From Tubulanus polymorphus (lineage: Eukaryota; Animalia; Nemertea), in contig NC_134032.1 in NCBI RefSeq assembly GCF_964204645.1, positions 16,170,275 to 16,234,274 on the forward strand: DNA of 64,000 nucleotides. The letters are read 5' to 3'. The translations under genes were made by a program, and so were the position numbers. The notes below the pieces were generated by a model that had not been told where the DNA came from, did no database searches, and saw only the letters and a program-made list of their open reading frames with translations. Below, piece after piece: positions 30,942-42,955 of the stretch; within the stretch, counting starts at the first letter, position 1; each line of letters starts with the position of its first letter.

Positions 30942-32057
30942 TCAACTCCCGGTGGTTGTTGTTGTTGAAGGTTTTTTATAAAGACCGAGTAACGTAGCAT
31001 CTGCTTCTAACAATGTGATGTGTTTCTCAGAACCGAGGAATTTCTTCGTCAATTCTAAATCGTGAAGTTTCAATCGGACTTGAGCACCTCTGTGAAACTC
31101 GCTGAAATTAAATCAATAATAATAATGGCTGGTAGAGTAATGTCTATTTCAACCTGACTTGAGAGCATTCCAGGTGGCCTAGCTCGCTCAGTTTTCGTAG
31201 TACATACCTGATTAAGGTCTTAATGGGACCAGAAAGGACGGGCAGTCGACCTAAATCATCGTTTTTTAATCCACTTTAATCTGTATTGAAGGATATCCAA
31301 AAAGTCTTCATTGAAAGGGGTTCATGAGAGAAAAGAGACTCCATGATTTGAAAGTTTAACAATATGTTTCCATGCCTACATACCAAACTTCAGTTGGTAG
31401 GCATGGAGACATATTGTTAAACTTTCAAATCATGGAGTCACTTCTCTTCATTTAACCCCTTTCAGTGAAGACTTTTTGGATATCCTTCAATACAGTTTCA
31501 AATGGATTAAAAATGATGATTTAGGTCGACTGCCAATGCATTCTGGTCCTAATAAGACCTTTATCAGGTAGTTACTACCAAAACTGAGTGAGTTAGGCCA
31601 CCCGGAATGCTCTCAAGTCAAGTTGAAATAGACATAAGTATGATTGAGGACGACGACGAGGGTCCGGCGTTTAGTGTTACCTGGATCGTTGTTTCGGCCG
31701 TTTACAAACGCAATGAAATTTTCCGCCGAAATCGATGTACAAATCGTCGTTGACGATCTCTTTAATCTGACCAATCACGATCCGTCCTTCTACATCGCCT
31801 AGTTTGAATAATTGTGAATTTTTTAACAGAGTCTCGAAATCGGGATCCTGCCGGTCGAGGAGTGAGTGGCGTCCAGTGTCTGTAAATTGCTCGAATTTCT
31901 CGACAGCCTCAGCGAATCCACCCACTTTACGAGGCTCATTTTCCCCGCTGGATGAATTCGATAGCAGACGACTATTGAAATAAACCCGGCTCGTTCCCCG
32001 GAGGGAGATATTTCGAAAAATTCCTAAATTTTTAATAATTTTCATGGGCGCCGCCAT
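30942..32057 (-). CDS. MRPS28: Mitochondrial small ribosomal subunit protein bS1m, 2 exons, about 178 aa
   Basis: Exons 32057-31681 and 31101-30942. Basic N-terminal presequence; motifs [18 protein letters not shown] and [25 protein letters not shown]. Confidence 0.93.
31140..31635. mobile_element. Foldback/MITE-like long inverted repeat filling most of the MRPS28 intron
   Basis: ATGTCTATTTCAAC... at 31140 pairs with ...GTTGAAATAGACAT ending at 31635. Complementarity continues for about 240 bp to a small loop near 31380-31395. Confidence 0.85.
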
Positions 32058-32098
32058 CTTGAAATCGTACTAATTAGCGCACGAAATAGATATTCATC
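32058..32098. promoter_or_regulatory. Ultra-short bidirectional promoter/intergenic spacer between MRPS28 and HDDC2
   Basis: MRPS28 ATG at 32057 (minus) and HDDC2 ATG at 32099 (plus). A YY1-like CAAGATGGCGGC overlaps the MRPS28 start. Confidence 0.7.
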
Positions 32099-33649
32099 AT
32101 GGCGTCCGGTGGTGTCCCGAAAGTTTTGGATTTCCTCTCACTAATTGGAAAACTGAAGGTAAACTAAACTGAGAATTCACGGTTTAAATTAAGTAACGCA
32201 TTTATAGAGTTTTTAGTAGTGAATTTATTGTGATTTACTCGTTGAAATCACCCAAAAACTATTGTAATGTGATAAACACGTTCTAGGGGACGAGATGGCA
32301 GCACTAGCCGGTCGCGTTTTTTTGCGGGCGGGCTAAACGACCGGCGTATCGTAACCATCGATTTTATTGTATTTATTTCAGGGCCTGAAACGAACGGGTT
32401 GGATCAGGAAAAACGTCCCCGAACCGGAGACGGTCGCGTCTCACATGTATCGTATGGCGATTATGACTTTCTTTCTCGGCAACGATTCGACCCTAAATCG
32501 GGACAGGTACACACGTGACTCTGACGCCGCCCCTGGCATCTGAGTGTGGCACGTGGAGTTTAAATCTCGTCGTTCGTATGAGAACCCCTCCTAATAATCA
32601 AGTGGGCTTATCGATACCAACTCGTAAAAACTATTTGATGATGAAACTAAAGACAATTTAATTAGGCCCTTTATTAATTGAATTAAGCATTAATTTCATG
32701 AAATCCCCAAATTATAATTCAGTTATTTCTGATATATAATTTTGATCGGAGTAAACTCAGATGTGAGTTGTGTTGCAGATGTATGAAACTGGCTCTAGTT
32801 CACGATATGGCTGAAAGTATCGTGGGAGACATCACACCTCACGACGGTGTCAGCAAACAGGAAAAACATCGTCGAGAAAAGGTACATCCCACGGAACCAA
32901 ACTGAAGGGGGGCATTAATAGGGCATTAATAATCTGTATAAGGCGAAACCATTTGGGGTGGGGGAGGGGTAGGTTTGTTAGGTTTTAATATCAAGGAAGT
33001 TTTCAACAAATATTCCCGTATATTGTTACACAAAGCAATGAATGATCCGATTTGAGATAAAATCAATATTTCTAAAAGGTAATTTGTTATTTTTGCATTT
33101 TAATTCTTGATTCAAGCAAGCTATGGAGGATATAGCCAAGCTGGCCGGCAACGATTTGGGAAACGAATTTCTGTCGTTATGGCAGGTACGTTGTTCTGTA
33201 ACTATAGATACTACGCTCTAACGGTTTTTGAATTTCAAAATCAACGGAAACTTATTTTATCGATTTCAGGAATACGAAGAACAGACGACGCCAGAGGCCA
33301 AGGTCGTTCATGATATCGATCGTTTTGATATGGTTTTACAAGCGCATAATTACGAGACAGCTGAACCCGATAGGGGGCGCTTTCTACAAGAATTCTTCGA
33401 TTCTACGCAAGGTACTCGGAAGTGTTTAAACCCTTTTGATTGTCAGTTCAATTCTAATCAAAATCTGGACCAAAAATTTACACGAAAAATCTTCGAACTA
33501 AAATTTCAAGATTCAGTAATAGTTCCTCTCCTTTCCGTTCCGCAGATCGATTTCAGCACCCCCTGGTGATCGAATGGATGACTGAATTGAATAAACAGCG
33601 AAACCGTAGTCAACAAGAAAAAATCAATTCGACTTCCTCACAAACCTAG
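32099..33649 (+). CDS. HDDC2: HD-domain 5'-deoxynucleotidase HDDC2, 6 exons, about 200 aa
   Basis: Exons 32099-32158, 32382-32506, 32779-32881, 33117-33185, 33270-33411, 33546-33649. Motifs [61 protein letters not shown] and LQEFFDSTQ. Confidence 0.95.
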
Positions 33650-34981
33650 TTCTCCTCACTCAGGTTTTCTTTTAAATACAAATTCTATTTTGAATTACAT
33701 CTATCGCATTTTCTTCATTTCCTTTTAACTCAAATTTATCTACATGTATTTTTATCGACACGTGACCGCAGGTGGAGGGGAGGGAGAGGGAGAGGAAGGG
33801 GAAGGGGGCTGGTATTCTCATTCACCGACGGGTATGTCGCGACCCTATTTTTACCACATGCCTTGTGGGAAAATTAACACTATTACAACCTGATTAATTC
33901 CTCAGATCGTTAGAGTCTGTTTTTAAATGTCGAAATCGCTTCAGAGGGAATTTTATTGCCGACGTTTTTATTGCCTTTTACCATAAATAATATCAACCTG
34001 TTTGTGAGGTGTTCATGTGTTCAGCTATTTGAAGTATAGTCTCTCTGAGTATTTACCGGTAGTTTCACCTAAATGACTTTCGCAATATCAAATTCCGACA
34101 CATATGTGCGGAATTCAAGTCGTCTCCAACTGAGAAATTATATTCGTCTGTTGTCGAGTGAGAGAGTTTGAGCCCGCGCTGGAACTCCCGCCCCAAACAC
34201 CCGCGCTGGAACTGCCGCCCCAAACACCCGCGCTGGAACTGCCGCCCCGAACACCCGCGGAATTTGGGACTTTCGTCAATCGATAAATCGGTGAGTGTTA
34301 CACCCTTTCAGCTTCTAAACCCACAAACGGGTTAGTGGTAATCTTAATTCAAACGGTCACGACGGCCAATTTGACGGCCAAATTGACGGCCAATATCATT
34401 CAATTCATATAACTGTCAAGATGTGATGGATGCAGTGACTCGTCGGTCTCCCCGTTACTGAGGCGACAGTCCAGTAGTTTAGTTAGATTATCCATAAAAA
34501 CCACATACAGCTACCGCTTTAACAGTCGTCAAATGATTTATTCAGTGAACCAAAATCCGTCTGCCTTTCATAATCAATCAACCGTTAATCTTAATTAGCC
34601 AGCAGTGCCTGTAACAGCAGCAGCAGCAGCCGATTATTCTGAAATAACCAATTAAGTTCAGGACGTGTGGCTGTCACGTGGCTGTTGACTGATTTCATAC
34701 ATCTCGCAATATTGCGATTCGATTATATAGTTTATCATTGTCATAAACGCAGCGACTGCCGCAGCGACATTAGATCTATCACTGTTTGAAGCTGTACCGG
34801 CAAAAAAAGAAATATACGCGTGCGTTCGAATGACGGGACAGATCACTGATAGCAACAGACAGATCTCTGACAGCAGGAGACAGATCTCTGACAGCAACGG
34901 ACAGATCTCTGACAGCAAGGGACAGATTACTGACAGCAAGGGACAGATTACTGACAGGTATATCTTACTTTATTCTTTTCC

Positions 34982-35440
34982 AAGTTGTTAGATTGGTTAT
35001 ATAACTAAAATGAGTTTAGACTGGTTTTAAGTTGTTAGATTGGTTATAGAACCAAAATGAGTTTAGACTGGTCTTAAGTTGTTAGATTGGTTATAGAACT
35101 AAAATGAGTTTAGACTGGTTTTAAGTTGTTAGATTGGTTATAGAACCAAAATGAGTTTAGACTGGTTTTAAGTTGTTAGATTGGTTATAGAACCAAAATG
35201 AGCTTAGACTGGTCTTAAGTTGTTAGATTGGTTATAGAACTAAAATGAGTTTAGACTGGTTTTAAGTTGTTAGATTGGTTATAGAACCAAAATGAGCTTA
35301 GACTGGTCTTAAGTTGTTAGATTGGTTATAGAACTAAAATGAGTTTAGACTGGTTTTAAGTTGTTAGATTGGTTATAGAACTAAAATGAGTTTAGACTGG
35401 TCTTAAGTTGTAAGATTGGCTATAGAACCAAAATGAGCTT
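34982..35440. repeat. 47-bp tandem repeat (about 10 copies) derived from the MITE family I interior
   Basis: Unit AAGTTGTTAGATTGGTTATAGAACTAAAATGAGTTTAGACTGGTTTT, period 47 (34982, 35029 ... 35405). Confidence 0.9.
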
Positions 35441-37154
35441 CACTCGAGGCCTTCCTATATCCAACTCGTGGTCATATGAATATATTTTGGAATTCAGCGA
35501 ATTTTTCTCATGGCTTAAGTGGAAGGTTGGCCATCATTTTTATAGTACTGAATTCCGATAAAAATGGACGCTTGGATTCAGATAAACATGCGGACTATAT
35601 TGAATGTGCTGTAAGCTATGTGGTCAACTGGTCAATGGACATCACTTTTATAGTTATGGTGCAATGTATTTGTTTTACCAAATTCCTAAAATCCTGTATT
35701 CGTGTGATTAAGCTCTTTTACGATTCCCCGACGCTCAAACTGTCAATTAATATTGTCCATACAATAAAATTTTAACAATCTTCGCTATTGTAGGATGATT
35801 ATGGATTTCTGGTGGTAATCGCCGGTGTTTTTAAACCGGTGCGTCTGTTGTGCGTTACGTTCGCGTTGCCACAAGCAACAACTGTTTATAATTTATAGAA
35901 CTCAATATCATTTATCAATTCGCTTTTTACATTTTCATCATCGATATAGTCTGTTCGATTTACGCCTAGTTGTGGTGCATTCCATGCGACGGGTATTGTG
36001 TCAACTACCGGCAATATTATTATCATTAAGAAAGACTCGGCACCCGCAGCGGTGGCCGTTTCAGCAAAACACGTTCTCTGTGGAAATAACGAAAATTGCA
36101 CACCATAGGGACTAAAATACTAACTATAATTTTTTCTATTCCGGGACCGGCGCGGCAGCTCAGCTGACTATCACAAGTTAGCGCTCAGTACTGGGGAGTT
36201 TTAATACTCTGGTACTGTACCCTCTCCTGGGGACGCGCGTGTAGTTCGTGGTGGTCTTCTACAAACTTTATCTTCAAAAGTCGTGTGGTTTGGATTAATT
36301 AGTCGTTTTTATAAAGCTCATCTAAAAGTAAGTACCGCGGATATACGTAATACGTCTGTTTGCATGAAATGGAATGAAAATGTTAGATTTACCTATATTT
36401 TGCAAAAGATTCGAACAATAACCATTTATAGCTCAATGAAACTTTATTAAGCAGATATAACTATTTATAAGTTTATTAGCTTTATTTAACTTAATTTGCT
36501 TTTATTGTTTATTTCTAATATTTGAATTGAATGCGGGTTTTAAGGGGTTACTCAGAAGTTAATCAGAATCAGCCGATTTTTTTTGTAATTCTGAAATCTA
36601 TGTGAAAGTATTTGAACTGAACTGAACTGAACTGAACTGTGGTCTCCTCACAGAAAGTTCTTTGATTACCTGTACCCCATAAACCGAGTCAATTTATCAA
36701 GACAAAAAACTTCCTAAATATTAGCAAGAATATGATATTTATTGATTGGGTGTGTATGTATTTAAATACATGTTAACTGGGTCAGTGTGTACCTGGTGTG
36801 CGCTGTGGGACTGGTTCCAGCGTTGTTGGACTGGTTCCAACACCGCGGGGCAGTTTTTACCGGTTTTTACCTGAAAATCCTTTCAAACAACAAAACCCTG
36901 CAATAAATTCATTGTTATCGGAATAGAATCTCTCCGATATCGAATATAATCATTCTTCAGTCCGTTAAAAGCTAAAAGCATTCCGCGTTTGTTTGCGGCC
37001 GCGCGGCGATAATTCTACATTTGCGCGGAATTGTATTTTATTGGGTCGTTATGGACACGTTCCGGTAACAGCAGTGGCGTTACAGCTGTACACGTAACCC
37101 TCCCCTCCCTCTAGTAACAGAGAGAGTGATAGCTGATAGAAGCCTATCGAACAA

Positions 37155-37420
37155 TCACCACACCTGACTGGTGACCAGTCACTACATCTGACTGGTCACC
37201 ATTCGCTACACTTGATTGGTGACCAGTCAACGAATCGATTAGACAAACTGACAATGTCTAGAAGTCACCATTGGTCTATGGTCTAGTGGTTAGTGTGCTC
37301 GGCTGGCATACTGGAGGTCTCAGGTTCGAGTCTTGCTAGGGTTAGGGTATCCATAAGCTAGGGTTAGGGTTACAGCCGATGTTAGGGTTAGGGTTACAGC
37401 CGATGTTAGGGTTAGGGTTA
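37155..37420 (+). mobile_element. tRNA-containing dispersed repeat, copy 3
   Basis: Same order of modules; the tail is expanded as TTAGGGTTAGGGTTACAGCCGATG repeats. Confidence 0.75.
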
Positions 37421-37511
37421 CGCATAACGACGTCAGGTCCAGCGTTCAGTACCGTTGCCATTGCCAACACGTCCCTCTTTTAGATAAACCGTTAATTGCC
37501 GTTAAAACTTG

Positions 37512-37553
37512 ACACCTGACGATGATCTCTAGGGTGAGATCGAAACGTCGTGT
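37512..37553 (+). ncRNA. Minimal type I hammerhead ribozyme (family A) in a Penelope-like pLTR fragment (37512-37657)
   Basis: ACAC-CUGACGA-U-GAUCUC-UAGGGU-GAGAUC-GAAA-C-GUC-GUGU; predicted cut after 37549. Followed by an AT-rich tail with AATAAA. Confidence 0.78.
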
Positions 37554-38504
37554 ATTCTATATATTTTAAATTGAATGAATAAATTCTTGTTTTTAAATTC
37601 TTATAATGCGTAGATAGTGGTTTTTTATCTTATTATCCGTTCACCACGTTTGAGTGTACAGGATATCGTTCTATCCTGCACAGGTAGAATTGGACAGGTA
37701 AAACTGGACATTCAGTATTGGACAGGTAGTGATAGTTCTGGGCAGAGTCAATTCCAAGTTAATCTGCTTGCTTGTTTATTATAAATCTCAATGATTTCTG
37801 TTTAATCAGTATGTACAGCAGTATCGTCTGTCGTTACTGGCCGTAAATAAAGACTCTAAAATCCACCGGCGGTTGATAAATATATTTACACACATCGTAT
37901 TGTAAACAAACGTGCCGACCACTCGCATGTCCTTTATTAGAAGTCACCGATAAAAGAATGTAAAATCGTCGTTATATTTACTGATTAGCTGTCGTCTGTC
38001 CACACTGTCCACCTGTCCAGTGTATGTGGACGATATCCTGACAGCGAGTAGCGCGAAAAACCTTGTTTATTCGCTAAAATATGTCACGATTTGACGAGTT
38101 ATCAATAAAGCGACGATAACAGCTCGAATTATTAGCAGTATACTATATTGACCGTAGACCTCTGCGCACGAGAGAGGGTTGAAACATAGCAAGATCTCTT
38201 ACAACGAGATTCAGGAACCTATTTGATCCATGCTGATCCAAAACAGAGTTCTTTGAGAAATCTTAATTCATTCCAAGTAAGTAAACGATTGAAGTCGTAT
38301 TTTGATGATATCTTGCCGGGTAACACGGTACAGCAGGGGCGGATCCACGTGCCCCTGGACCAGTTACTGATGCTATTTAACTCTTTAGCCTAGTCTTATA
38401 TTTTTATCAGTATCAAAATTTTCGCACAAGCATAATAACTTTAGAAAAAAAAACTCTGTCCTTATTAAATCTAGGCTTTAATCAAACTCGATATCAAAAT
38501 CTAA

Positions 38505-38630
38505 AGTTGACTATTAGGGTATAGTCATCTTCAGGCTAAACTACTAGCTCAAGGAATACAGTATTATGACTATTCGGATATTGTTGAAACGTTGAATAAA
38601 CTACACTAGCTCAAGGAACCATTTCAGTCT
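38505..38630 (+). mobile_element. Degenerate family B hammerhead-element copy (other relics at about 11705-11782, 40840-40885 and 54030-54088)
   Basis: Shares GAAACGTTGAATAAACTACACTAGCTCAAGGAA and the AAGGAATACAGTATT junction with the 69-bp array; the catalytic core is deleted or mutated. Confidence 0.65.
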
Positions 38631-39552
38631 CTTTTACATTATTTTCAATCAAATATCTAAGAACGGATTCTGTTATTTTGAAAGATGTTTATTTTGTAAA
38701 GTGAGATTTGTAAAGTTTTTCATTATTTGTCTATGATCCATGCTCTAAATAATCGGATTATAGATATTTCGGTGAAAAGAGCGAACCCGAACGCGAGTCC
38801 TGGAGGTGATATCTGCCCGAGCATGAACGGGTACTGGTAGTAACAGTACGTGGACCCGTGTGTACAGACGGGTACTAGAGTGCCCTTATTAACCCCATGT
38901 GATGAGCCACTCACGCAATTAACAGTGACGTGTCTATTGTCTATTGTAGTTATATAAAACAGATTTACTTTTAGACACGTTCTGGGAAAATCTGATAAAA
39001 GAAAAGAGCGAGTATTTAATGACCTTTAAACGCGATTCGATATTGAGAATTTCTGTATTAGGCAATGAATCTCAGAACCCCGCAAACACTCGCTGACTTT
39101 AGACTACTCGGACACTCTCAGACACTAGCTCGCGTGACACTGGAACTAGGTTCCGACACTTCTAGGATTTTGAGGGGAAAACGCGTAGAGTGAAATTGTT
39201 CAGATTTAGTTAGAAACCGCCATGACTATGACTATGACTCGAAGGAAGTTATCCTGTTTGGATATTGAGTTTATGCAGTAAGTTTTTGTAACAAAGTGAA
39301 GGTGCCCTAAACAATGTACCCAGTTCCGCAGGTCCAGTTCCGCAGGTCCAGTGAGTTCCGCAATTGTAGTCCAGTTCCGCAGTTGTGGTATCTCACGCTA
39401 TGACGTCAACTTTATTTGAAAATGAACAAATAAAACTCAAATCAATTTCGGTAATCGGTTGTCGGTTGCTGAATTGTTAGTGATTTGATGGTTCCAGGTT
39501 GATATATTAAAGCTTTCTATATATTATTTTTTTCAGGATTCCCGAATATAAA

Positions 39553-42500
39553 ATGGGTGACAGCAAAGCGACTACAGATCTGAGTCGACCTCCTTTCAAT
39601 AGGGAAAAAGGTAAATTATCTAATTATATTCGGCTATATCGACTACGCGTCTAATGTAAATGAAAATATAAAGAGTCCAATATATTTTCTGGAGCTAGTG
39701 TAGTTTATTCAACGTTTCGACTTTATCCTAATAGTCATCTTCAGGAATACTGTATTCCTTGAGCTAGTGTAGTTTATTCAACGTTTCGACTATATCCTAA
39801 TAGTCATCTTCAGGAATACTGTATTCCTTGAGCTAGTGTAGTTTATTCAACGTTTCGACTATATCCTAATAGTCATCTTCAGGAATACTGTATTCCTTGA
39901 GCTAGTGTAGTTTATTCAACGTTTCGACTTTATCCTAATAGTCATCTTCAGGAATACTGTATTCCTTGAGCTAGTGTAGTTTATTCAACGTTTCAACTTG
40001 ATCCTAATAGTCATCTTCAGGAATACTGTATTCCTTGAGCTAGTGTAGTTTATTCAACGTTTCGACTTTATCCTAATAGTCATCTTCAGGAATACTGTAT
40101 TCCTTGAGCTAGTGTAGTTTATTCAACGTTTCGACTATATCCTAATAGTCATCTTCAGGAATACTGTATTCCTTGAGCTAGTGTAGTTTATTCAACGTTT
40201 CGACTATATCCTAATAGTCATCTTCAGGAATACTGTATTCCTTGAGCTAGTGTAGTTTATTCAACGTTTCGACTTTATCCTAATAGTCATCTTCAGGAAT
40301 ACTGTATTCCTTGAGCTAGTGTAGTTTATTCAACGTTTCAACTTGATCCTAATAGTCATCTTCAGGAATACTGTATTCCTTGAGCTAGTGTAGTTTATTC
40401 AACGTTTCGACTATATCCTAATAGTCATCTTCAGGAATACTGTATTCCTTGAGCTAGTGTAGTTTATTCAACATTTCGACTTTATCCTAATAGTCATCTT
40501 CAGGAATACTGTATTCCTTGAGCTAGTGTAGTTTATTCAACGTTTCGACTATATCCTAATAGTCATCTTCAGGAATACTGTATTCCTTGAGCTAGTGTAG
40601 TTTATTCAACGTTTCGACTTTATCTTAATAGTCATCTTTAAGAATACTGTATTCCTTGAGCTAGTGTAGTTTATTCAACGTTTCGACTTTATCCTAATAG
40701 TCATCTTCAGGAATACTGCATTCCTTGAGCTAGTGTAGTTTATTCAACGTTTCGACTTTATCCTGAAAGGAACATCTTCAGGCAGGAATAGATTGGTTAG
40801 ATTAGATTAGATTCAGTTATTTCTGTAGACGTCTATTTAGGATCTAGTCGAAATGTCGTAGAGCTCAAAGAAACATTTCAGACTTTTAATTCTTTATTCA
40901 AGCTTGGTATTTTACCTAATTCCGTGTTTTATTTATTAGATTTCTATTTATTGTGTGGTCGACTTGAGATCAATGAAGTTTATTTCAACTTCTCGCCATT
41001 CGTTCAAAGTGTCTATTCCAATATTTTATATTGATGCCACTAATTCTTATAATTAATGTATAGGTCAGATAGGAGTGTATATAGATATACAGGATGTTCA
41101 ACCTATCGATCGACAGGAGTACGGCAGTGAACGATTCATGTTTATATCTCTCACCGAAAAACTGTTAGAAAACTTTCAAAACGTTCCCTTGCTCGATCTG
41201 AAAGCTGACCTAGTTCGACACGGGCTACTAGAGGGCGTTGTACTCGAAAAATACATACCAGGTAAATGAAGAAACCCGACGTTATATTTTGTTGACCTTT
41301 CCAATTAAATATGGCCGCCTCCATTGATGATTCAATGACGTCGTAATGATGTTTGGAAAGCAGCTATTTATAGGGAGTGTCAATACATTTATCGATTTTT
41401 TATCCTGGTAATTTGAATATGCAAATTTTATTTTTGTTCAGGTATTATTCTAACGGTTTCCTGTAATACGTCACGTGATCTGGACGAACTGTGGGACGCC
41501 TATAATAAAGGCCCCCTAGCGGCACGTCTGAAAACCCAACTGGAGACGAAATCGATTAAACAGGCGATAAAAGTGACGTCACTGGACCTGCGTATTCGAC
41601 TGTTCGAAGATGAATACAAGCAATGTAAAAGCGAATTACAAAAACACGGAGTAATCGTTAAAAATCTGGCTAACTACGGTAAGCGATAGATGGCGCATGG
41701 GTGCACGATGATCTAAAGAAAATTTCAGTAGAAATATTCTATTAAAATAATGTATCGTTTCTACGAAATTGTTAAAAGAAAGATCTAGTCAATTACATGC
41801 GGTAAGCGATAGATGGCGCATGGGTGCACGATGATCTAAAGATTATTTCAGTAGAAATATTCTATTAAAATCATGTATCGTTTCGACGAAATTGTAAAAA
41901 GAAAGATCTAGTAAATTATCTGCGGTAAGCGATAGATGGCGCATGGGTGCATCGATTATTGATACGATATTCCGTTTATTTTTGCAGAACAAGATGTAAA
42001 GATGCTGAGAGCGATTCGTAAATTCCAAAAGGACAACACGAAATCTCTGTACAAACTACGAGACGATAAACATCAATTCGACGCGAAATTAGGCGAATTT
42101 ATTCAACTAGCGAAAACCTACCAACCGCCGGGAACCATTGTTTACAAATCCGTCCTCGACGTCAATAGTATAAAACGCGTCGCTAAGGAAACGCGCGCCA
42201 CTGTTGACATACGTGTCCTCGATCAATACTTGAATACAGTAAAAAACGTGCTGAAATCGTGCGACGACTTGACCGCCAATATCGTACATCCGTTCTCGCA
42301 AATTCACGCCGGTTGCGAGAGCGAGAATCAACGAGATTTGAAGCAATCAATCAAACAGGCTCTGGCGGACGTTAGAGCGTTGCTACGCGACCGCGCCGAT
42401 ATCAGTAATACTAAACATAGCAACTGGGTCGGGAAAGTTTTACCGATGGAACGGAAACTGTTACTAGGAATCGTCTGCGTGATCCCGTGCGCGATCGAAA

Positions 42501-42568
42501 AAGTGATCGACGTAGATCATTCGATCGACGAGTACTTCCGGGAAGTAAAAGTTGATTTAGGCGACTGA
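39553..42568 (+). CDS. Uncharacterised protein with a TRADD-N-like domain and a helical C-terminal region, 4 coding exons, about 357 aa
   Basis: Exons 39553-39610, 41064-41261, 41442-41678, 41988-42568, all phase 1 and open after splicing. Exon 3 (GIILTVSCNTSRDLDELWDAYNKGPLAARLKTQL...LRIRLFEDEYKQCKSEL) resembles the invertebrate TRADD-like N-terminal domain pattern. The domain call is by recognition, not by search. Confidence 0.75.
39692..40789 (-). ncRNA. Tandem array of 16 x 69-bp units, each containing a minimal type I hammerhead ribozyme on the minus strand (family B)
   Basis: The minus-strand unit reads UAUUC-CUGAAGA-U-GACUAU-UAGGAU-AUAGUC-GAAA-C-GUU-GAAUA. This gives stem I UAUUC/GAAUA, core CUGANGA/GAAA, a 6-bp stem II, palindromic AACGUU in place of stem III, and a GUU cleavage triplet. 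Units start every 69 bp from 39692 to 40727. Confidence 0.75.
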
Positions 42569-42769
42569 CATTACGCTGGAATGCTCCGGTGTTGCTAAGC
42601 ACCCCCTTAAGTAGCGTCAATTGTTGTTATATATGTGATGAACACCTTGTCTTAAAAAACTGATGTACGATAATCAATTTTATAAACTGATAAATAGTAA
42701 ATATACAGACACGAAACTCATAGAATTAGATAAAGGTCTCATGTAGCGTCGTCTGGGCTTAGGTAGAAT

Positions 42770-42955
42770 GCCGTAGTCCGTACAGCGAGCCGTCGTCCGT
42801 ACAGTGAGCCGTAGTCCGTACAGCGAGCCGTCGTCCGTACAGCGAGCCGTAGTCCGTACAGCGAGCCGTAGTCCGTACAGCGAGCCGTCGTCCGTACAGC
42901 GAGCCGTCGTCCGTACAGCGAGCCTTAGTCCGTACAGCGAGTCGTAGTCCGTACA
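42770..42955. repeat. 19-bp minisatellite
   Basis: Unit CGT(A/C)GTCCGTACAGCGAGC. Confidence 0.9.

Noticed and set aside
35886-36330. Possible exons on either strand around 36 kb
   Set aside because: Splice-like signals exist, but the frames close quickly and no recognisable protein results.
39692-40789. CRISPR-like appearance of regular repeats (also 51911-53350)
   Set aside because: Units are contiguous with no unique spacers, there are no cas genes, and the context is eukaryotic.
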